Both the position numbers and the translations under genes were made by a program. From the NCBI GenBank assembly GCA_045837725.1, contig JBEWZL010000235.1, positions 421,450-441,449 on the forward strand: a stretch of 20,000 nucleotides of DNA, written 5' to 3'. This document shows positions 13,240 to 20,000 of the stretch, piece by piece. The notes under the pieces are model-generated. The model saw only the letters and a program-made list of their open reading frames with translations, ran no database searches and had not been told where the DNA came from. The stretch comes from Vermamoeba vermiformis. Its lineage: Eukaryota. Every line of letters starts with the position of its first letter. The stretch's first letter is position 1.

Positions 13240-15216
13240 ATGACCACAAGCGAAATCGCCGAATTTGATGCCGCGTTGTGGCAGGATCTCAGCAATTATG
13301 ATTTCAAGCCAGGTATGTGACACGATCGTGATCGACGGGACCTAAAAAGCGCCCTTTGATATCTATAGAAGGATATAATTAATTGGATATTATTGAGCAC
13401 TTTTTTAATGTTCTTCGTACAACAGTTGAATTTTATTTCGTAAATTACGATAATTAATTTTATTAAGATCCCGCCGGTTACCGTGCTCTTATTGATTTAT
13501 AATTTAGGATTTGGATTTATGCGCGAAGCTCCACTAGAACGATTGCCAGAGTACTTCAATCCATGGGAGGATCTGCTTAACAAAATGCCGCAATTGTTAA
13601 AACGCGACGAAGATGAGCCCCAACGTACTAATTATATTGGAGAAGATTTTTACACCGAAGTTGCGAAAATGCCACTGCTGGATCCTGCTAAACTATCGGA
13701 TACGGTAATAGAAATTTAGCCGTTGTTTTATTCAGCTTATTAATACGATAATTTAGAAATTACTCTCGCGCGGAATGCTAGTTATTTCATTACTTGGTCA
13801 CGGTTTCATGTTTGGCGATTACCGAAGGTAGATCTAATTGACATTTTCAACCGATCTGTCATTTTTTCCCGAGTACTTGAAAACGATAACGAGTCTCCTT
13901 ATTATTGTGCGAATAATATCAGAACGATTTTATGAAATTTGATATTATTGTGCATTTTCAGACCTTTTGAACTGTCGTTTTACGATTCAGGCTCACATTT
14001 GACCGAAGCTTCTTTGAGTTCGGAACTAACAATCTCTGATAGAAAAATAGTGCACGCTGAAATACCACCTAATATTGCCATTCCATGGGTTCTCATTGCT
14101 GATCGTTTACAACGGCCGCCCATTATCAGCCACGATTCACTGAACCTGTCAAACTATAAATTTGCGCGACCAGACATCGATCCTACCAAAGAGAAAATAT
14201 TCACTGAGGATCTAATCAAGCTCGACGGATTTTTGGACGATTACTCGGAGGATTGGTTTTACCTGGTCACATCCGAACTCGAATTCAGAGGCTCAGCTTT
14301 GCCCTTCTTGTTCCGTAGAATTCACGAAGGAATTTTGCAAAAGAGTAAGCAAGACATCGATATTTGAGTCAAAAACTAATGACGTTGTAGAGTTGGATGC
14401 GAACGAAATCGTTGCCTCGTTGAACAAAGTGTACTTATTGCTGGAGGAGATCAACAGAGTTATCCTCAAAATGTTCGAGAAGTGCGACCCTACAATCTTT
14501 TATCACAAGCGTACGTACTTTTATTGAAAAACCAACGCATTCTGACACGTGCCAAACAGTTCGGCCATACCTGAATGGCAGCAAGAACAACTCGCTCGCA
14601 CCGCAAGGAGTACTTCTACAAATGAACATTACGTCTCAAGACGCTGAGGAGCAGCGCATTGCACGATCAGTCCCTCACGAATTGAAAGAGAAGTACTCAG
14701 CGCCGACTTTCTACCACGGTGGATCCGCTGGTCAATCTTCTTTGATTGCTGTACGTACAACACCTATTAGTTAGTATAGCGCTCATATTTATCACAGTCC
14801 ATCGACACATTCTTTGCCGTCGAGCACACTGGTCCTGAAAGCAAGCCATTCATGACTGCCATGCGGGAGGTACGTCTAACAAGATCAGCTCTTGTTGAAC
14901 GTTAATATTGATTACGGATGTTCTATAGTATATGCCCAAGCCACATCGTAGTCTTCTCGAAGTATTGGATCGCAATCGCAGTGTTTTGAAAGAATACATC
15001 AGCGAGAATCGTGACAAGCCCGAGTTAACTGAAATTTACAACAAATGCGTCGAACAGTTTGCTGAATTCCGTTCTAAGCACCTGCAAATCGTTGCGCGTT
15101 ATATCGTTAACCCTGCTCGCGCTACTGGCACGCCTGTCAGTGGCACTGGTGGATCCAGCGCCGTCCCATTTTTGAAATCTGTGCGTGACGAGACCCGTGA
15201 GTCAATGATCAAGTAA
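13240..15216 (+). CDS. IDO: Indoleamine 2,3-dioxygenase family heme dioxygenase; spliced
   Basis: Motifs IPPNIAIPW, SEDWFYLV, FYHKLRPYLNG, GGSAGQSS, MREYMPKPHR, FRSKHLQIVARYI (proximal His region) and GTGGS. All exons join in frame through GT-AG introns. Confidence 0.93.
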
Positions 15217-15415
15217 TTGCTGTACTACACGCTCGTCGTGTAATTGTAAATATTTACGCGAATAAACTTCACTTTTTTGAATGAAAACTCCTATTTTTCT
15301 GACCTTTTTCTGACGCTAATAAAGCACCACCGACAGATTCTGTTCTTTTCAGCTAAAACAAATACGTCTTCTCACACCAATACCTCAAACCTTATTATTT
15401 AGCAACTTTCATCTA

Positions 15416-16361
15416 ATGGGCAATACTCAACCTTCTACGTAAGTATTCGACGAGGGCAATGCCATCCCTTTTTTTTTTGCTTGTTGTTTCTTTTTCTGAT
15501 TCTGTTTTATAATATATTAGAGAAATTGCGCAAGCAAATTGTCCTCTCGTGCGTTTAGTTGAAGATGTTTTTGTTATCGTATTACGTAATATCCAATTGC
15601 GTGATTTTATTTCATTGATGTCAACGTGTAAATTATTTTATTACCACCGTCTAGGCTCTGTAAGTTACTTTTATATCATGATCACCCTTTTACAGACAGT
15701 TTTAATTTTAATTCGATTTTTTAGAACAATTATTTTTGGGCTCAATTCTGCACCCAAGTTGCGGGCAGTATTAATAACCTCTTAATGAACGTGCAACAAG
15801 GCCGTCGCTTCACTATGAACGGATCCCATCGACTTAAAAACGCCGATCCTGCCAACGGATAAAACGATTATCGAGCAATTCAATTTCCGTTCAGAGCTCG
15901 AAAAGTATTTCATCCTGATCGTCAATCGTCTGCGCCTTCAATCGCTGTTCAATCTCAAGCCGCCATATGCGTACCTTGCTCTTCCAGCAGTAACAGTTAA
16001 TGCAGTGTCCTCGAGGTGGCCCCGTCCTTGGACCAATCCCAACAAATCGCAACAACAATATGCGCTCGATTATTACTATTTCGTTGATTTCTTCGGAGGC
16101 AATCCGACCCTACTTTCGCCCTTTTTACTCAACCCTGTTCTCCCCGACCAGATCGGAGGCCGAGAAATCGTTTACAACAATGCTACTAATCAACCGCCAA
16201 TTTACAACCCTTTGCAAATTTCGCGATTGGGACCAAGTCCCTATCAGCCATCGCAAATAGCCCCTTCTCTAGTCGGTGCTCATCCGAAGAACTTCAATCC
16301 AAAGCCATGGAATGGTCGTTTTCACCCTTACAACGCGAAGAGAGATCACGATAAAAAGTAA
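15416..16361 (+). CDS. F-box protein with possible N-myristoylation site; 3' structure uncertain
   Basis: First exon MGNTQPST. F-box-like segment LVRLVEDVFVIVLRNIQLRDFISLMSTCKLFY...NNYFW. The downstream ORF 15819-16361 is in a different frame and needs a frameshift or an intron to join. Confidence 0.6.
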
Positions 16362-16967
16362 TATTGTAGTAGGTGAATTCAACGGAAATTGTTAAATGAT
16401 CAAGTATGTCGTTGCCAACAAAGCGCTAAAATAAAACAAAACGAACTTTCGTAACCACAAGATGCACCATTTTCATTACTGTGCAAGGAATGGACGACAG
16501 ATTATAAATATTTATTTCAAAATAATAACACGAGTATTGCAGAGGTATGGAAAGATTACGCTCGAAAAAAGTTGATTCGTTTGTGATATTTTAAAATTAA
16601 TTAATCGATGTTTTATCCGCTAATTATTTCGTATTACGTTGCTTGAATTTATTTTTATCAGAGAACAATTATTTCGTCTCTGATCTGTTGCGTTTTTAAT
16701 TTCGCTATTGAAGTAACGAAGATAATTTCTTCAAGGGTTGGCGTAATAGTCGGCAATTTATTTAGACATATGCATAGTTGCAATAAGTTACTCACCACTT
16801 TAATAGGTTGGACGAATTACATTTTGTGAATCGCTCGGGTGCATACAAATGACACGTTTCCGGGTCAATGTGAGTCTTTTAGTACCATTAAACTGATTTG
16901 ATTCATTTTAACAATATTCTCATTAGAAGTGCCACACAGCTCCGAATTAAAAGTGCGACCGAACAAA

Positions 16968-17300
16968 ATGCATCTGGCAACGAAGACGCAATTTCAGCTG
17001 CTCGTGCTCGCCTTCTATTGCGTAATTTTTGTAGACGCAACTCTTACTACAATAACCACTTTGGATAACCCAACTGGCATTGTGACTTTTGATGATCTTG
17101 GTTTCTCGACACCGACCGACATCCGTGGCAACGTTGTATTACTAAACACTCCAGACCAGAAGATTATTTTATCAAGCAACAATGCATCAATTACTGACTA
17201 CTCTGTTGGCGCGAACGGCAATTGGGACGGATCTAAAGCTTGGTTCAACAGCACCGGTGGGTTAGGGTTAGGGAAAACGGAGAGATCTGGCGGTAAGTAG
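16968..17300 (+). pseudogene. Secreted protein gene, probably truncated by the insertion starting at about 17259
   Basis: Signal peptide MHLATKTQFQLLVLAFYCVIFVDA, then a beta-rich segment ending NGNWDGSKAWFNSTGG. The frame then reads through the telomeric tract (LGLG) and stops 7 codons later inside the hairpin region. Confidence 0.5.
17259..17273 (+). repeat. Short interstitial telomeric repeat GGG(TTAGGG)2
   Basis: Exact sequence GGGTTAGGGTTAGGG, 2.5 units of TTAGGG with the G-rich strand on +. Confidence 0.8.
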
Positions 17301-17528
17301 ATCTCGTTTGAATGTATTATTTTATTTACAATTCAATAGTCATATAATAGATTATATGTATAAATATGAGATTTCCTTATTAATTATTTAGCAGGGTTCA
17401 CGGGCGAGCGGAGCGAGCCCGTGTAAAACGCGATCCAGCAGATTTTTCCGCTGGATTTTTGGCACGAGATTCTGCGCGAACTTTACTCGTGTCATTAATT
17501 GAACAAGTAACAACAACAACTCGTGTCA
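17275..17528 (+). repeat. Array of short inverted repeats (stem-loops) plus one direct repeat
   Basis: GAGATCT/AGATCTC (17282-88, 17299-305); CATATAAT/ATTATATG (17341-58); CACGGGC/GCCCGTG (17399-423); ATCCAGC/GCTGGAT (17433-56); TGGCACGAG/CTCGTGTCA (17460-94). Direct repeat ACTCGTGTCA at 17485 and 17519. Confidence 0.8.
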
Positions 17529-17535
17529 ATATTAG

Positions 17536-17637
17536 GTAAGTTAATTTTACCAATGCAGCTTAGAAACAAAATTACGCTCCGTTTCTATTTTAAATCCGAA
17601 TCCGATCAAAGACTAACTAGCTTCGCATTCATTATAG
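17536..17637 (+). other. Probable 5'-UTR intron of the recombinase transcript
   Basis: AG|GTAAGT donor at 17536, GACTAAC branch site at 17611-17617 and TAG acceptor ending at 17637, 60 nt before the ATG. Confidence 0.55.
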
Positions 17638-17696
17638 GGTTACATTTAAACCAAGGCTGAGTGATTAGTGTATTATTTAAAAGTGAAGCTATTCTT

Positions 17697-19972
17697 ATGG
17701 CTGGTAAGTTCCGTTCTTAATTAAATTCGAGTCAGATCTTTAAATTAATTTATTTTTACGCAGAATTCAGTTGCGAGCAATGCAACAAACAATTCTCGAA
17801 GCTATCGAAGCGTAATTATCACGTGAAAGACTGCCACCCTGCCGATATTGACAGTTTAAAGTGTAAATTATGTGCGAAACAATTCCAAGCTGTTTCTTCT
17901 CGTGTTCGACATGAAGATCAAGGCTGTCCTGCGGAAAAATCAGTTGTTTTAGTCCCAACAGCAGCAATAAACACAGAGCGTGTAAATCATCGCCACAAAA
18001 AGCAAAAAAATGTTTTGTCAGCAAAATCATTGCGCATTGTTCAAATGTATCGTGAATATTTACAGCACGGAGGAACATCAGTGTATTTGCTCAGCCAAGG
18101 CAAGAAAAATCTCCAAGGTGCTAGCATTGACACTTACTCAACGCACTTGACCGATTTCCTTGCTTATATTGAGGTAAGTCAATTTGCCTGTAAACGCAAT
18201 TATAACTCTTTCATGCACAGGAGTCGCTTCCAAATGCCGACATTATTGATCACTTCTTGCGCGTGAAGACAGTTAAGGATTACATTACGTATTTGGAGCA
18301 ATCAAAGTACACGCAAAAGACTATTCTTAATCGACTACTCTCACTGGAGCGATTGTGTGGCTTGCTTGATGAAAAGTTCGACTTAATCTTCAATGGCCAA
18401 ATATCTGATCGCAAGGGCTCAACTCAGACTCGTACTGCTATCAAGACTACCTTTGATTGGGTCAAAGCGCAGGCAAAGATGACAAGTCCTATAGCAAACA
18501 AGGAAACCAAAGTTCGCAACAGTAGAGAAGCTCTCGAATCTGATAGTCGTTGGATTGCAGTTGCAAAGTTGTTTGAAAAAGAAGCTGAGCTAAAACCTGT
18601 AATGGACACTTTACTTGATAACATTGCCGCCAGCTCAGAGCCGTAAGTCAACTTAAGCATTTATTTGATTGACTAACTCAGCAATAGACCTTCAAAGAGA
18701 GATTTGCAACAGATTCAACAGTATATAATGTATTTAATGGTTATTCAACAACCACCACTAAGAGCTCAAAACTTTGACTTGATTATTCTTGATAAACTTG
18801 AATCTCCTCAAGAAGCCTCTCATAATGGAATTGTGTTTGAAGAAAAGAGTGTTATTTTACAGTACAGCAAGTACAAAACGCATGCGTAAGTCAAATAACT
18901 TTATTTATTACAATTCTAATTGGTTATTTTCAGGTCATATGGTTTTGTTAAGTTTTACCTCTCAGACACATTAGCTGGCTATGTTCGACGCTTTTACAAT
19001 GATGTTCGTCCTTGGCTATTCAAGGATAAAGCAAATGCTCCCACTATTGGTTCTTACTTGTTTGTTAATCAATATGGAGAAAGGCTACAAAGCATTGGAG
19101 CTTATTTTAAAGCAGCTATGAAGAAGTACTTTAACCAAGAGATTACTATTGGCATCATTCGCAAAGTAATGGAAACAGCAGTGAGTGAATGCTCCTTGTT
19201 TAACTCAGCTATTCGCGATAACCTGTCAATGGCAATGCTTCATGATCCAGAAACGGCACGAAGATACTATGTGTGCAAGGACAGTGAAGAGGCCAGTAAA
19301 ACAATTAATGGACAGTGGCAACAGCTGCGTCAATTCTACTCAACTCCATCATTGACGACTCCTGCAGTTGAACAAGTAGTCGAACCTGAAGCTATTGAAG
19401 TGCCAATGCAAATAGAACAGCCTATAAGTCCTATACCTTCAAATAACAACATGCGCACAGACCAATCTCCAATTGCAACAAGCGCACTTGAGCTTGTGCC
19501 AACCAGCTCTTTGTCTCAACGTTTTTCTTGGGTATCTCCTACAAAACAACTAAGTGCAGTGCCAAGCCTTGTTGCCTCTCCTTCACATGATGATAATAGT
19601 GAACAAGCAGAGGATGTTCGAGAAATTGCTAATTCAATTGCGTCAAATTTGGTGCCTGCAGCTCAGCCAACAAAAAAGCCACAGTCCGACTTTAAAACTT
19701 TGCAACGACCTGGAGATTGGCCTTGTTCTTTTTGTGGATACATCAACTTCTCTTACCGTATGGTTTGTAACCGCTGTGGAAAAGCAAAGAACAAAAGAAG
19801 TGCTTATGAAGAACATGAACAAAAACAAAAGAAAGCAAGGTTTGGCTCTGATATCACTGAAGTCCTTAGCAAGTCTACAAATAAGCAAGGTGAAGTTATA
19901 TACAAAGTAAAGTCCAGCAAAAAAGGAGAACTCTGGGTAAGAGCCAAGCACGTGCCGCAGCACTTGTTGTAA
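17697..19972 (+). CDS. Multidomain tyrosine recombinase (2 zinc fingers - integrase core-binding-like - YR catalytic - RanBP2 zinc finger - chromo-like), 691 aa, 5 exons
   Basis: Exons 17697-17703, 17764-18173, 18221-18642, 18688-18885 and 18934-19972 sum to 2076 nt, in frame, all with GTAAGT donors. Catalytic-type residues: PPLR (R 18761), KYKTHASYG (K 18875), GIIRK (R 19160) and MLHDPETARRYY (H 19241, Y 19265/19268). Confidence 0.85.
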
Positions 19973-20000
19973 AGTTTAAATCTTTGTAGTTAGTTGTAAA

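Larger units (their letters stand above)
17259..20000 (+). mobile_element. Putative tyrosine-recombinase mobile element, left part (right end outside the window)
   Basis: Abrupt junction with a host ORF at a telomeric tract, a cluster of subterminal inverted repeats, and an intact spliced tyrosine recombinase as the first gene. No RT/RNase H or DDE ORF is visible within the window. Confidence 0.7.

Noticed and set aside
11771-13295. Several antisense ORFs over the carboxylesterase gene
   Set aside because: They are expected from codon bias on the sense strand and have no independent protein features.
16362-16928. AT-rich intergenic region
   Set aside because: I recognised no ORF, repeat or RNA-gene signature; it is probably UTR and promoter sequence.
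17292-17764. Possible in-frame splice from the donor at 17293 to recombinase exon 2 (both phase 1), fusing a signal peptide to the YR
   Set aside because: It would skip several closer acceptors, the YR has its own ATG micro-exon with a consensus donor, and a secreted recombinase makes little sense. No transcript evidence is available.
19554-19963. Overlapping ORFs 19554-19910 (+) and 19643-19963 (-)
   Set aside because: They are shadow frames of the recombinase last exon with no recognisable motifs.
17259-20000. DIRS/Ngaro retroelement, CRISPR-like array or true chromosome end
   Set aside because: No RT/RNase H is visible in the window and the YR has introns. There is no repeat-spacer periodicity. 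The telomeric tract is only 15 bp and is followed by complex sequence.

Overview
This is gene-dense eukaryotic DNA, probably from a protist, with mostly short (about 45-100 nt) GT-AG introns and intergenic gaps often only about 100-200 bp. Positions 1-16.4 kb hold ordinary spliced genes: a bestrophin-like membrane protein (5' partial), a GPI-type pectin-acetylesterase/Notum-family hydrolase, an M28 aminopeptidase, an LRR+WD40 DHU1-like protein, a divergent histone H4 with an apparent 1-nt frameshift, a DUF2306-like membrane protein, a type-B carboxylesterase, an indoleamine 2,3-dioxygenase and an F-box protein. The standout feature starts at about 17259. There a secreted-protein ORF runs into a telomeric tract (GGGTTAGGGTTAGGG), followed by about 250 bp of stacked stem-loops. 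After that comes a 5-exon, 691-aa tyrosine recombinase gene with two N-terminal zinc fingers, an integrase core-binding-like region, a YR catalytic domain, a RanBP2 zinc finger and a C-terminal chromo-like domain. This looks like the left end of an intron-containing tyrosine-recombinase mobile element that continues beyond the window. All family assignments come from motif recognition by eye; no database search was run.
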